55,560 nucleotides of DNA from Candidatus Nanopelagicaceae bacterium (GCA_036742235.1 DAINQZ010000002.1:1-55560); one strand, 5' to 3'; counted from the first letter of the stretch, positions 45,580 through 55,560 are shown. Numbers and translations are program-made. The notes: generated from the letters alone by a model not told the origin.

Positions 45580-46728
45580 ATGACCGCGCCTACAAAATTC
45601 ACGGGATTGTTGCTCGCCTCAGGAGTCAATCAAGGAGATCCACTCTCCGCCGTTCTAGAGGTGTTGGCGCCCTTCTCGCTGACCGTCTTGAGCGCTGAGA
45701 ACCTTGTCGTTCGTGATCGCTTCATCTACACACTCTTGGTCGAATTGAGCCCTGATCATGTCGCTCCATTATCCGCAGACCTTGACGAGGTTAGCGCTGC
45801 CGGTGTGATCGACATCGCCTATGACTTCACAGCGTTCGCTCTTCCTCAGCCGGAAGCGACGATCCCGTACCGCTCTACAACTGTTGCGCCTTTACTCTCG
45901 CCGGCGCAGGTCTTAGATCTTCACAAGGTGATCAGCAGTGGCGCGAAGGTGACCGCGCAAAACCTTGCGATTGATGGATCGTTCACCGTTCTTCACATTG
46001 ATTATCAGGTTGAAGGAGGTGGATCGCAGGCAGTGCGCGAAGATCTGCTTTCAAAAGCTCGACTCCTTGGGTTAGCAACAACGGTGCGCTCAACGCGTGA
46101 AGTGAGAATTGGTGGCGAGGCGATCCTCTTTGATATGGACTCGACCTTCATCAATCAAGAAGTTATTGATGAGGTTGCAGCCCTCGCTGGAGTTGGCGAG
46201 CAAGTTTCTGCGATTACTGATCGCGCCATGAAGGGAGAATTGGATTTCAAGGCCTCTCTCATCGAGCGGGTACGGCTCCTTAAAGGACAACCGGCAGAGC
46301 TACTTCAACGCGTTAAAGAGAAGATCACTCTTACCTCGGGTGCTCGGGAGTTTGTAGAAGCTGCTCATGCCCGTGGTGCTCGAGTCGGAATCGTCTCTGG
46401 TGGTTTTCATGATGTGATCGATGAAGTTCTCGCACCTTTGGGTATCGATCTCGTTGTGGCAAACAGATTTGAAATTGTAGATGGCATCCTCACCGGTGAA
46501 GTTCTGGGTGAGATTGTGGACCGCGAGATGAAGGCCCAGACTCTCGCCTCCTTTGCAGATGGTGCATCCCGCTGCGTGGCAGTCGGAGATGGCGCTAATG
46601 ACATCGCAATGATTCAAGGCGCAGATATTGGCGTAGCATTTTGTGCAAAGCCCGCGTTGCAAGATGTTTCAGACGTTGTGCTCAACCACCGTGATCTAAG
46701 AGCTTTACTACCTCTGCTCGGCTATTAG
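45580..46728 (+). CDS. serB: phosphoserine phosphatase with N-terminal ACT-like domains
   Basis: HAD motif I FDMDSTFINQEVIDE, motif IV GDGANDI, and a ~170-aa N-terminal regulatory region as in mycobacterial SerB2. Confidence 0.88.
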   Translation: MTAPTKFTGLLLASGVNQGDPLSAVLEVLAPFSLTVLSAENLVVRDRFIYTLLVELSPDHVAPLSADLDEVSAAGVIDIAYDFTAFALPQPEATIPYRSTTVAPLLSPAQVLDLHKVISSGAKVTAQNLAIDGSFTVLHIDYQVEGGGSQAVREDLLSKARLLGLATTVRSTREVRIGGEAILFDMDSTFINQEVIDEVAALAGVGEQVSAITDRAMKGELDFKASLIERVRLLKGQPAELLQRVKEKITLTSGAREFVEAAHARGARVGIVSGGFHDVIDEVLAPLGIDLVVANRFEIVDGILTGEVLGEIVDREMKAQTLASFADGASRCVAVGDGANDIAMIQGADIGVAFCAKPALQDVSDVVLNHRDLRALLPLLGY

Positions 46729-46734
46729 AAAAAT

Positions 46735-47580
46735 TTAGAGTCGGCAGGCGTGGATATCGGTTACTAATATCCCCCGTGCGCCTACCTTCCAGAGATCATC
46801 GAGGATCTTATTGATCTCTTTACGCTTGACCATCGCCCGCACCGCGCTCCAATCGCCCTTTTGGAGAGGTGAGATGGTCGGTGACTCGATACCGGGTGTT
46901 AATGCGCAAGCCTGTTGGAGATTCTCATGTGCGACGTCATAGTCGACCAAGACATATTGACGCGCCATCACAACACCATTGAGTCTACGAATGACGGTCT
47001 CGATCGCATCATTGCGAACAACTCTATTTCCTTCAATGAGAATCGCTTCACTCTCAAGCAACGGCTCTCCAAAGGTGGCTAACCCTGCCTGACGGAGTGT
47101 TCCACCCGTTGAGACAACATCAGCAATCGCATCGGCTACACCGAGACGGATGGCACTTTCGACTGCTCCATCGAGACTGACGACCTCGGCTTTGATAGAA
47201 CGATCTGCAAGGTAGCGCTGTAGAAGGCCAGGATATGCAGTGGCGACACGCAGACCTGCCAAGTCACTCTCCACCATGGGTTTTCCTGCGGGAGCGGCGA
47301 ATCTAAATGTTGATCGACCAAAATCCAAGGCTAGGGCCTCTTTCGCTTTGACACCGGAATCGATCAGCAGATCTCGTCCAGTTATTCCAAGTTCAAGTTC
47401 ACCTGAGCCGACATAGATCGCAATATCGCGTGGGCGCAAGTAGTAGAACTCAATGTCATTTTCAGGATCGATGAGGATCAAATCTCTCGGATCATTGCGC
47501 TGCCGGTAGCCAGCTTCACGGAGCATGAGTGATGCGCTATCGGATAATGACCCTTTATTGGGTACAGCAATCTTTAGCAT
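46735..47580 (-). CDS. hisG: ATP phosphoribosyltransferase, long form
   Basis: MLKIAVPNKGSL, DIAIYVGSGELELGITG, the PRPP loop D.VSTGGTL, and a C-terminal regulatory domain. Confidence 0.92.
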   Translation of the reverse strand: MLKIAVPNKGSLSDSASLMLREAGYRQRNDPRDLILIDPENDIEFYYLRPRDIAIYVGSGELELGITGRDLLIDSGVKAKEALALDFGRSTFRFAAPAGKPMVESDLAGLRVATAYPGLLQRYLADRSIKAEVVSLDGAVESAIRLGVADAIADVVSTGGTLRQAGLATFGEPLLESEAILIEGNRVVRNDAIETVIRRLNGVVMARQYVLVDYDVAHENLQQACALTPGIESPTISPLQKGDWSAVRAMVKRKEINKILDDLWKVGARGILVTDIHACRL

Positions 47581-47613
47581 GGCTTCTCCTGCTCGGTAGA
47601 ACGATGAATAGGA

Positions 47614-47877
47614 CTATAAAACTTTGTAGATATCTTGAGGTGTTAAACCCCTTGAGACCATCAGAACTTGTAGACGATAGATCAATTGCGAGATCTCAAG
47701 TGCAAGAGCTTCATCGCTCTCATGCTCGGCAGCGAGCCAGACTTCCCCGGCCTCTTCAATGATCTTCTTGCCCATTGCGTGAATGCCAGCATCAAGAGCG
47801 TCGACTGTGGAAGAGCCCACAGGGCGAGATTGAGACTTTTCAGCTAACTCAGCAAATAGCTCATCAAAGTTCTTCAT
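47614..47877 (-). CDS. hisE: phosphoribosyl-ATP pyrophosphatase
   Basis: 87 aa with FDELFAEL...[15 protein letters not shown] and E.SQLIY. It lies directly upstream of hisG, as Rv2122c/Rv2121c do. Confidence 0.9.
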   Translation of the reverse strand: MKNFDELFAELAEKSQSRPVGSSTVDALDAGIHAMGKKIIEEAGEVWLAAEHESDEALALEISQLIYRLQVLMVSRGLTPQDIYKVL

Positions 47878-47886
47878 ACCCCGATT

Positions 47887-48570
47887 TTACTCGAGAGATG
47901 CAGCCTGCGTTGCCAATTTACGTAGCTCCTGAAGCGCCACTGCAGGTGATTCGGCCTTATATACTGCGCTTCCTGCAACGAAGGCATCGGCTCCGGCCGC
48001 AGCGGCAACAGCGATTGTCTCCATCGCGATTCCCCCATCGACTTGAAGCCAGATATCTCGGCCCATGGAATCGATAGCGGATCTTGCCTCTTGAAGTTTT
48101 GGCATCATATCTGCCATGAACTTCTGACCACCGAATCCAGGTTCGACAGTCATCACGAGCAACATATCGATCTGGGTCAGGAGTGATTCAACTCGACTAA
48201 ATGCCGTGCCAGGTTTGATCGCAACGCTTGCTCGAGATCCGGCCGCTTTAATTGCAGATATCGTGGCTAGTGGGTCCTCGCTGGCTTCGATATGAAAGGT
48301 AACGTTCGCAGCACCAGCTTTTGCATACTTGACCGCATCAGAATCTGGGTTATTGATCATGAGATGAGCATCTACTGGGATTGGTGACGCTTCAATGATT
48401 GATCTCGACTCATCGAGTGAGAAGGTGATATTCGGGACGAAGATATTGTCCATCACGTCGAGGTGAAGAAAATCGGAATCTGTAGCGACCCGGTCGATCT
48501 CGAACTGCAGCTTTGAGTGGTCAGCATTGAGAATGCTTGGACACATTCGTATCACTCTAGCCATGCTCAT
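47887..48570 (-). CDS. rpe: ribulose-phosphate 3-epimerase
   Basis: CPSILNAD, HLDVMDN.FVPN, VEPGFGGQKF, and QVDGGI. Several in-frame ATGs make the exact start uncertain. Confidence 0.92.
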   Translation of the reverse strand: MSMARVIRMCPSILNADHSKLQFEIDRVATDSDFLHLDVMDNIFVPNITFSLDESRSIIEASPIPVDAHLMINNPDSDAVKYAKAGAANVTFHIEASEDPLATISAIKAAGSRASVAIKPGTAFSRVESLLTQIDMLLVMTVEPGFGGQKFMADMMPKLQEARSAIDSMGRDIWLQVDGGIAMETIAVAAAAGADAFVAGSAVYKAESPAVALQELRKLATQAASLE

Positions 48571-48574
48571 GCCC

Positions 48575-49942
48575 TTACGTTACTGGTTGCTTGCGACGAA
48601 ATAGTGCCATGAACATCGAGTCGGTTCCATGGATATCGGTCCACATTTGAATTGTTCCATCGGCCTCTACGAGATTCATCCCCCGGGCACTCTCGGGTAT
48701 GAATGGGTTGAGATCAGCCAACTCAAAATCCTTATGTCGGTAGAGAAAGTCTGCTACTTGAGCAGAAGTCTCACTGCGGTGGGGTGAGCAGGTGACATAG
48801 GCAATAACTCCCCCAGGATTCAAGAGTGCCACCCCGGCATCTAAAAGGTCTCGTTGGATTGTTACGAGATTCTTCAGGTCCGCAATTGTCTTGCGCCAGC
48901 GCGCTTCAGGTCGACGACGAAGCGCACCTAAGCCACTGCATGGCGCATCAATAATGATTCGATCGTAACGGGTGGGTAGGCTCGGAAGATCCTCACCTCG
49001 ATGGGAAATAACGTTAGCCGGCGGTACTACATGGCTTACCAGTCGTGCGCGGTGTTCGGTTGGTTCGTTTGCGGTGAAATTATCTTTAACCCTATGGGTG
49101 TGAATGAGATTGAAGAGCATCGCCGCTTTTCCGCCGGGACCAGCGCACATGTCGAGCCAATTGAGGTAAGGCTCATCCGTTGCGGTGTTGAAGAAAATCT
49201 CACTTACGAGTTGTGACCCTAAATCTTGAACGCCAGCCCTACGTTCATGGACTGCAGCGTATGAACCAGGCATCTTCGAGGATCTGACTGCATAAGAACC
49301 TTCAGATATCGCTTCCCCACCTTCAGTTAAAAGCTCTTCACGGGTAGATAGACCTGGCCAAGCGACGAGGTGCGGGGCGACCGGTCGATTATGTGACTCA
49401 AGGAGTGTGACGAGGCGATCTGGATCCTTGAGTCGATCGTTGAAGGCCTTAACAATCCAATCAGGATGTGAATAACGAGTACCAAGATCGTCTTCTTCGT
49501 CAAAGTTTGGTGGGTCCCGTAGAACCGAACGTAAGATCGCATTCACATAAGACGCCTTACCTTCACCCGCAACAGACCGGGCAAGCTCAACCGTCGCATC
49601 GACTGCGGCATGGTCCGGAACTCTCATCTCGAAGATTTGATGAAGACCCATGCGAAGAAGATCAACAACGGCATGATCTAAGCTCTCAAAAGGGCGATCG
49701 ATCTTGCCGCGAATGGCGAAGTCATGCTTGCCCTGCATACGAAGAGTCCCGTAACTGAGTTCGGTAGCAAAAGAACGGTCACGCTCATCGAGTGTCGAAT
49801 CCGCAAGCAATTGAGGTAGTCGAATATTTGCAAAGGCACCCTCTCGATTAACCTGTGAGATGAGGGTGTAGGCGATCCTTCGAGATTGGTCAGGTTTAGG
49901 CCGTTTGAAATCCGATTTAGCCAAGAGTCGTGAACCTCTCAC
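48575..49942 (-). CDS. rsmB: 16S rRNA (cytosine967-C5)-methyltransferase (Sun/Fmu)
   Basis: An N-terminal NusB-like domain, the SAM motif DMCAGPGGK, and the catalytic DAPCSG and TCS cysteines. The GTG start overlaps the fmt 3' end by 26 nt; a later TTG is possible. Confidence 0.88.
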   Translation of the reverse strand: MRGSRLLAKSDFKRPKPDQSRRIAYTLISQVNREGAFANIRLPQLLADSTLDERDRSFATELSYGTLRMQGKHDFAIRGKIDRPFESLDHAVVDLLRMGLHQIFEMRVPDHAAVDATVELARSVAGEGKASYVNAILRSVLRDPPNFDEEDDLGTRYSHPDWIVKAFNDRLKDPDRLVTLLESHNRPVAPHLVAWPGLSTREELLTEGGEAISEGSYAVRSSKMPGSYAAVHERRAGVQDLGSQLVSEIFFNTATDEPYLNWLDMCAGPGGKAAMLFNLIHTHRVKDNFTANEPTEHRARLVSHVVPPANVISHRGEDLPSLPTRYDRIIIDAPCSGLGALRRRPEARWRKTIADLKNLVTIQRDLLDAGVALLNPGGVIAYVTCSPHRSETSAQVADFLYRHKDFELADLNPFIPESARGMNLVEADGTIQMWTDIHGTDSMFMALFRRKQPVT

Positions 49943-50846
49943 CTGGTTCTACGCGCGCACCTCGCAAAAAGTCCGCTGCTGGCATTCGCTTCTTTCCAGC
50001 AGGAGTTACTTCTCCAATTTCGATTACAAGATCCGCTGACTGCACAAAGGTCGAACTTCCCTCGCTCCACACTTCGCCAATTGCCTTCGAATCTGAAAGT
50101 GTTGGCGAGATCTTCCCTTGGTGGATCGTGATCTTTGCCCCACGAAAGTATGTGTATGTTCCTGGTTTCTGCGACAGGGCTCGAATCTTCCGTAAGGTTT
50201 TTATTGCAGAGTCGTTCCAGTCAATCTCTCCCATCTCCTTGGAGATCTTTGGGGCGAGCGTCACACCTGAAAGACTCTGATTCTTCGGCTTCTCACCGCT
50301 GGCGATCTTCTCAATCACGTCAATAATTGCTGCCCCACCACGCTGCGCCATGATCTCAAGGAGCTCTTCAGTCGTCGCATCATCGTCGATGTGCATCTCC
50401 TCTTGGAGATATATGGGACCGGTATCCATTCCTTTATCCAGCTTGAAAATCGAGATACCAGTGACTTCATCGCCTTCAAGAATCGCCCATTGAACCGGAG
50501 CAGCGCCACGCCAGCGCGGAAGAAGGGAGAAGTGAAGATTGAGCCAACCAAAACGTGGGCCGTGAAGCAATTCTGGCGGAATGAGTTTGCCGTATGAGGC
50601 AGTGATGACAAGCTGAGGCTGAGCCTCCAAAAGATGTTTGTTGATCTCTGAGATATCAGCAGGCTTTGCGACCACGAAACCCCGCTCTACTCCCCACTGT
50701 GCCAGCGGATTGGCGCTCTCACTCTGGCCACGCCCCACCTTTCGATCAGGATGAGTAATGATCGAAGCAAGGGTGTGACGAGACTCTTGAATCGCTTCAA
50801 TTATTGGAACGCTGATGAGCGAGGATGAAGCTACTGAGATCTGCAC
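49917..50846 (-). CDS. fmt: methionyl-tRNA formyltransferase
   Basis: The formyltransferase core LNLHFSLLPRWRGAAPVQWAI and GMDTGPI, plus a C-terminal tRNA-binding domain. The N-terminal Rossmann motif is diverged (VASSSLISV where FAGTP is usual). Confidence 0.88.
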   Translation of the reverse strand: MQISVASSSLISVPIIEAIQESRHTLASIITHPDRKVGRGQSESANPLAQWGVERGFVVAKPADISEINKHLLEAQPQLVITASYGKLIPPELLHGPRFGWLNLHFSLLPRWRGAAPVQWAILEGDEVTGISIFKLDKGMDTGPIYLQEEMHIDDDATTEELLEIMAQRGGAAIIDVIEKIASGEKPKNQSLSGVTLAPKISKEMGEIDWNDSAIKTLRKIRALSQKPGTYTYFRGAKITIHQGKISPTLSDSKAIGEVWSEGSSTFVQSADLVIEIGEVTPAGKKRMPAADFLRGARVEPGERFTTLG

Positions 50847-50858
50847 TAGATAGTGACC

Positions 50859-51419
50859 CTAGTTTCCGAGGCCGAAGGTGTTGTGCGGTGAGACTTTAAT
50901 GATGGGAGCTTCACCACTTGCAGCTGCTGTCCCAAACCATTCGCTCTCGCGAATCTCCTTCATCGCATTCTTTCTAAGTTCTACGGTCATTCGATCGACA
51001 AAGAGGATGCCGTTGAGGTGATCGGTTTCGTGCTGAAGCGCTCTCGCTAGGAATTCAGTTCCTTCGACAGTAATCGGCTCTCCATGCATGTTGAAACCCT
51101 TTGCAACTGCACGAAGTGCTCTCGGAGTATCGGCATACACTCCGGGAAATGAGAGACAACCTTCTTCACCATCTTGCATCTCATCGCTGAGATCTAATGT
51201 TGGATTAATGAGGTGCCCTATAACATCATCGACATCCCAGACGAAGACACGGAGCGAGACGCCTATCTGTGGGGCGGCCAAACCAGCCCCTGGGGCATCA
51301 TGCATCGTGTCGGTGAGATCAGCTACGAGGGTCCGAAGCTCCTTGTCGAAATCCACGACTGCAGTAGCAGGTGTTGTTAGTACCGGATCGCCAAAATACC
51401 TAATTGGTTGAATCGCCAT
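50859..51419 (-). CDS. def: peptide deformylase
   Basis: Motifs GAGLAAPQIG, EGCLSFPG and HETDHLNG. Confidence 0.93.
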   Translation of the reverse strand: MAIQPIRYFGDPVLTTPATAVVDFDKELRTLVADLTDTMHDAPGAGLAAPQIGVSLRVFVWDVDDVIGHLINPTLDLSDEMQDGEEGCLSFPGVYADTPRALRAVAKGFNMHGEPITVEGTEFLARALQHETDHLNGILFVDRMTVELRKNAMKEIRESEWFGTAAASGEAPIIKVSPHNTFGLGN

Positions 51420-51450
51420 GAGGCCATTCTACCTGTTTTACACTTACGTC

Positions 51451-53358
51451 TTACGCAATCGAGTAAGGATCAAAGCGGAGCGCAAAGACCTCTCGCTTCT
51501 GGGCGGCTCGCACTCTCTGAAGGCTGGCGAAGAACTCTGAGATCTCTTCACCTTTTGCGACCTCATACTTCACAAGCAGGCGACCTTTACCATCCTTTGT
51601 CTGAGGTAGAGGAAACGAGATAAAGCCTCTAACTTCAAGAAGTTCGGAGATCTTTGCAAGATCAGAGAACGGACCTTCGCAGATCATCAACTTGAAGTAC
51701 GGCGGGAGTTTGGCATCGTGTCGTTCATGCATCTCTCTGGAAGCTAGGTCATAGGAATCTGCTCGAACGAGGCCTTGGGAGATCGTCTCTGATGAGGGCA
51801 ATGAAAGGTAGAAAGCTCCATCGGGTTGCAGCAGAGATAGGAGCTTGAACCAATGTGAACGAACTTCCTCTTGGCTACGTAGTTGTACTTGTGAATATGC
51901 CAGTTGCGCATCTAGAACAAAGATACCTGCATACATTCCAACCGGTTCAGCCCCAAGGGTTGCAATCACCAGTGATTTTCCTTCAGGAAGGCTCGCTATC
52001 TGCGAATCCCCCGATGATTGAATCACCTTCGCCTGAGGGAAGGCGCGTCCAAATTCAGAAGCGGTTCTCACGGCACCTCTATGCGTCACCCACATCTTCT
52101 CACCGTTACACCACTGACAGTGCCAGTTAAACGTGACTTCACTACATAATGCACATTCGGGATTGGCCCCTTCTTTCGGAACTCGCAATTTCCCACCACA
52201 TGAACACGTTGCTTTTGTTCGGCATTTCGCGCACGAGAATCCTTCGACATACCCAGCGTTTCCCACTGAGATGAGGACGCTTCCGCGATTGAGCGCTTCA
52301 CGAATCTGCGGAAAGATCTCTGGTTCTCTTCCGTCAGCAGCAAGAAATGAGAGGCGTTTAATCTTTGTCCGAGGATAGAGATGAGGAATTAACCATTTAC
52401 CCTCAACCTGTCTCACAATTTCGACAGAGGGTGAGTTTGATACGAAGATCACCGAGTTCGCAGAGCTACGCAAGAGAGCGATATCTCGACTATTCCAGGT
52501 GGGTGATCGCCGCTCGTAATGATGACTCTCCACCTCATTGAAGAGAATCAAGGTGTCGTTCGCTCCGAGATGCAGGAGTGTTCCATTTCGTAGCGTGAGG
52601 ATGATTCCCGAGGCTGCACAGTTCGCCTGAAGGTATGCGCCATACCGCTCGCTCTTCGTTTGTGCCGAACTCAGTGCAATATATGGAATCGCTTCATTCT
52701 CCAAGGTTCGCGCACTCGCAAGTAGATCCTTCTGGTCCGGCAGAACAACTACGACCTTTCCCAGCGTGGCTCTGGATCGAGCGATCTTCATAAGGATTGT
52801 GTACGGCTCTTGAGAGGCAGGGAGAAGCACGAGATCACGGAGTTGATCTCGGCTCTGAACTCGTTTAATAAGGGATTTAGGCAAGGACTTCTCATTGATC
52901 TCCTGAAAGAACCGAGGTCCAGGCTGACTCATCACGGTCTTTGAGAATGCTCGCTCTCCCGTGATCGAGAAAGGTGGGCTCATGCTGCCCAATACTGACC
53001 AGGTATCCGTGGCATATCGTTTAGCGATGGCGCGAGCCAGGGTGATCTGTTCAGGCGTAAAGACTGGCACTGAAGAGATCAGAGAGTGAACTGACTTAAT
53101 CTTTCCCGTGGTTGATGGCACTGCAGACCGAGAGAGTATTACTCCTTGAGCGATTGCATTTCCAAATGGGAGTGAAACCAGGTCTCCAGGTTGAACCCCT
53201 TCACATCCTTCAATAAGTTTGTAGGTGAAGACTTCTTCAGCATGGAAGAAGGGAAGATCAACGATTACATCGACGAAGGGATCTTCAAGAAGAGTTCGGC
53301 GTACTTTCTGCGCCTTCTCCACCTTTAACTTGAGTGGCTTTACCTCAGCCACGATCAA
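51451..53358 (-). CDS. priA: primosomal protein N' (PriA) homologue with degenerate ATPase motifs
   Basis: An N-terminal 3'-end-binding-like region (DLPFFHAEEVFTYKL...GDLVSLPFGN) and a Cys-rich zinc module (CAKCRTKATCSCGGKL...CALC...CQWC). The position between def/fmt and metK matches other actinobacteria. Walker A/B positions read VLLPASQEPYT (52801-52830) and LILFNEVESHH (~52519-52551). Start at TTG 53358 or GTG 53352. Confidence 0.8.
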   Translation of the reverse strand: MIVAEVKPLKLKVEKAQKVRRTLLEDPFVDVIVDLPFFHAEEVFTYKLIEGCEGVQPGDLVSLPFGNAIAQGVILSRSAVPSTTGKIKSVHSLISSVPVFTPEQITLARAIAKRYATDTWSVLGSMSPPFSITGERAFSKTVMSQPGPRFFQEINEKSLPKSLIKRVQSRDQLRDLVLLPASQEPYTILMKIARSRATLGKVVVVLPDQKDLLASARTLENEAIPYIALSSAQTKSERYGAYLQANCAASGIILTLRNGTLLHLGANDTLILFNEVESHHYERRSPTWNSRDIALLRSSANSVIFVSNSPSVEIVRQVEGKWLIPHLYPRTKIKRLSFLAADGREPEIFPQIREALNRGSVLISVGNAGYVEGFSCAKCRTKATCSCGGKLRVPKEGANPECALCSEVTFNWHCQWCNGEKMWVTHRGAVRTASEFGRAFPQAKVIQSSGDSQIASLPEGKSLVIATLGAEPVGMYAGIFVLDAQLAYSQVQLRSQEEVRSHWFKLLSLLQPDGAFYLSLPSSETISQGLVRADSYDLASREMHERHDAKLPPYFKLMICEGPFSDLAKISELLEVRGFISFPLPQTKDGKGRLLVKYEVAKGEEISEFFASLQRVRAAQKREVFALRFDPYSIA

Positions 53359-54552
53359 TTAGCCCTTGACTGCGTTTTGAAGAGCCTGGGCCCGATCAGT
53401 GCGCTCCCATGAAAATTCTGGAAGTTCGCGTCCGAAGTGGCCGTACGAGCTTGTCAGTGAGTAGATCGGACGTAGTAGATCCAAATCGCGAATGATTGCA
53501 GCTGGTCGAAGATCGAAGACAGATTCAATGGCAGCTTCGATAGCCAAGACTGGGACCTTCTCTGTTCCAAAGCACTCAACGAAGAGTCCTACCGGCTGAG
53601 CCTTTCCGATTGCGTAGGCGATCTGAACTTCACAACGGGTTGAAAGGCCAGAGGCAACAACATTCTTCGCCACCCACCGCATTGCATACGCTGCAGAGCG
53701 ATCTACCTTTGATGGATCCTTACCTGAGAAAGCTCCGCCACCATGACGGGCCATGCCGCCATAAGTATCAACAATAATCTTTCTTCCCGTAAGGCCAGCG
53801 TCACCCATGGGTCCCCCGATAACAAAGCGGCCGGTTGGATTAATGAGAGTCCGTACTGAAGAAATATCGATTGCCAGATCTGCAATTACTGGGTTGATCA
53901 CATACTTCTTGATCTCGGGTGCAAGCTTCGAATCGATATCAACATCGGCTGCATGCTGCGAACTGACGACGACCGTATTGAGTGCAATCGCGCGATCACC
54001 GTCGTATTCAATCGTGACCTGAGTCTTTCCATCAGGACGGAGGTATGCAAGTTCCCCCGATTTGCGGACCTTTGCAAGCTGCATCGAAAGTTTGTGTGCA
54101 AGGGCGATCGGAAGCGGCATGAGTTCAGGAGTGTCATCACAGGCGTAACCGAACATGAGGCCTTGATCGCCCGCTCCCTGAAGATCTAGCGGGTCGGCAG
54201 AAGCACTAACACGCTTCTCAAAGGCAGAGTCAACTCCTTGGGCGATATCTTTCGACTGTTGGCCAATAGAGAGTGAGACACCACAAGAGTTTCCGTCGAA
54301 GCCTTTATCTGATGAGTCGTAACCGATCTCGAGCACGGTTTCACGAACGATATTCATGACATCGGCATAACCGCTCGTAGTCACTTCACCGGCTACGTGA
54401 ACCTGTCCAGTAGTGATCAACGTTTCAACGGCCACTCGCGAGGTCGAGTCTTGGCTGAGAAGAGAATCTAAAATTGCATCTGAAATCTGGTCAGCCATCT
54501 TGTCTGGATGGCCTTCAGTCACGGATTCTGATGTAAAGAGGCGCTTGGTCAT
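53359..54552 (-). CDS. metK: S-adenosylmethionine synthase
   Basis: [21 protein letters not shown], and [16 protein letters not shown]. Confidence 0.96.
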   Translation of the reverse strand: MTKRLFTSESVTEGHPDKMADQISDAILDSLLSQDSTSRVAVETLITTGQVHVAGEVTTSGYADVMNIVRETVLEIGYDSSDKGFDGNSCGVSLSIGQQSKDIAQGVDSAFEKRVSASADPLDLQGAGDQGLMFGYACDDTPELMPLPIALAHKLSMQLAKVRKSGELAYLRPDGKTQVTIEYDGDRAIALNTVVVSSQHAADVDIDSKLAPEIKKYVINPVIADLAIDISSVRTLINPTGRFVIGGPMGDAGLTGRKIIVDTYGGMARHGGGAFSGKDPSKVDRSAAYAMRWVAKNVVASGLSTRCEVQIAYAIGKAQPVGLFVECFGTEKVPVLAIEAAIESVFDLRPAAIIRDLDLLRPIYSLTSSYGHFGRELPEFSWERTDRAQALQNAVKG

Positions 54553-54556
54553 TGGC

Positions 54557-55560
54557 CTAACTTAACTTATCGCTCGCCAAATCGAGAAGTTTATGGGCGA
54601 GTGTCACTTTACTAACCCCTGCTAACTCCTCAACAATGCCACTGCCATCCAGGATCGAGCCAGAGGTTTGGTCAGAGCCAAAGATCGCTCCCCCTGAGAC
54701 ATCATTCACATAGATGAGATCAAGCTTCTTATTCAGATACTTTTCTCTTGCCTTTGCGATAGCGCCATCCCCCGTTTGAGCTGCGAAACCAACGAGGATC
54801 TGCGACTTCTTACGATCGCCCAGCTCTTTGAGAATATCGACCGTTGGGGTCAATTCAATAGAATGGTAAGAAACCTTCTCGATCTTTAGATCTGCTTGAT
54901 GCAATGGTTTTGCATCTGCAACCGCAGCGGTCATCACGACGATATTGCTCTGATCGAAGTGTTCGAGAACCGCTTTATGCATCTGGTCGGCGCTCTGAAC
55001 ATGAATAGTAGTAATTCCTTCTATCGCCTCTTCGTGAGAATTGGCAGCGATGAGCGTGACAGAAGCTCCGCGGGCTGCAGCAGCGTACGCAACCGCATAC
55101 CCCTGCTTTCCGGTGGATCGATTTCCAATAAATCGAACTGGATCAATTGGCTCTTGGGTACCACCAGCCGTTACCAAGACGCTTCGACCAATGAGGTCAG
55201 CCTTAGATGAGAGCAGATCGTTTAAGGCGTTAATAATCTTTGGGGACTCTGGATAACGACCGATTCCAGTGTCAGAACCCGTCATGCGACCCTCATCTGG
55301 ATCGAGAACAACAATCCCCCGAGATCGAAGCGTTGCGACATTCGCCTGGGTCGCAGCATTGAGCCACATCTCTGGATGCATCGCTGGTACGAGCAAGATG
55401 GGAGATGTTGTAGCTAAGAGAATGTTGGTGAGCAGATCATCAGCTCGACCCTGTGCAATTCGCGCAACCAGATCAGCAGTCGTCGGAGCTATGACGATCG
55501 CATCGGCGCTCTTGGCAAGGGAGATATGAGGAACGCTGTGAACATCGCTCCATAAATCAT
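54557..55560 (-). CDS. coaBC: bifunctional phosphopantothenoylcysteine decarboxylase / phosphopantothenate-cysteine ligase; N-terminus lies outside the window
   Basis: The minus-strand frame stays open from 55396 to the window edge (hand translation ...[61 protein letters not shown]), which is the CoaC flavoprotein domain. The CoaB domain follows ([32 protein letters not shown]). The track's TTG 55396 start is internal. Confidence 0.9.
   Translation of the reverse strand, partial: DLWSDVHSVPHISLAKSADAIVIAPTTADLVARIAQGRADDLLTNILLATTSPILLVPAMHPEMWLNAATQANVATLRSRGIVVLDPDEGRMTGSDTGIGRYPESPKIINALNDLLSSKADLIGRSVLVTAGGTQEPIDPVRFIGNRSTGKQGYAVAYAAAARGASVTLIAANSHEEAIEGITTIHVQSADQMHKAVLEHFDQSNIVVMTAAVADAKPLHQADLKIEKVSYHSIELTPTVDILKELGDRKKSQILVGFAAQTGDGAIAKAREKYLNKKLDLIYVNDVSGGAIFGSDQTSGSILDGSGIVEELAGVSKVTLAHKLLDLASDKLS

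Noticed and set aside
1-55560. CRISPR arrays, insertion sequences, prophage or plasmid genes, toxin-antitoxin pairs, restriction-modification systems or other defence systems.
   Set aside because: I found no spaced direct-repeat array, no transposase, integrase, recombinase or Cas-like ORF, and no terminal inverted repeats. Every ORF over 60 aa that is not a shadow ORF is accounted for by a housekeeping or conserved-hypothetical family.

Overview
This window is a chromosomal housekeeping region of an actinobacterium (Actinomycetota). The local gene order repeatedly matches blocks I know from Mycobacterium tuberculosis: scpA-scpB-rluB...cmk-der; gcvH-garA-MerR-nuclease-MerR-gcvP (Rv1826-Rv1832); helY-tatC-tatA-pafC-pafB (Rv2092c-Rv2096c); mshC with an Rv2133c-Rv2135c-like triad and uppP; and rpe-rsmB-fmt...priA-metK-coaBC. 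The mycothiol ligase MshC is present. GC is about 50% by eye. The region is very compact. I place 54 protein-coding genes and one tRNA-Leu in 55.6 kb. Many gene pairs share ATGA-type 4-nt start/stop overlaps, and only five intergenic gaps exceed about 100 bp. I see no rRNA, CRISPR array, transposase, integrase, prophage or recognisable defence or toxin genes, so this is mostly ordinary core genome. Six things deserve a second look. (1) An uncharacterised, translationally coupled kinase-like / DUF3090 zinc-ribbon / histidine-phosphatase triad is wired into the mshC operon. (2) A 243-bp island of about 29% GC upstream of aroH-tyrA carries helically phased TATCGATA palindromes. (3) pafBC is retained, but the whole pafA-prcAB-pup-dop-mpa block is missing from its syntenic slot before trmI. 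(4) A ParA ATPase is coupled to a ParG-like small protein and sits inverted, head-to-head against scpA. (5) cmk and der are fused in frame. (6) The PriA homologue has degenerate Walker A and B motifs. tatA (58 codons) is absent from the supplied ORF track and I found it by hand translation. All functional calls rest on my own recognition of motifs and synteny. No database search was run.
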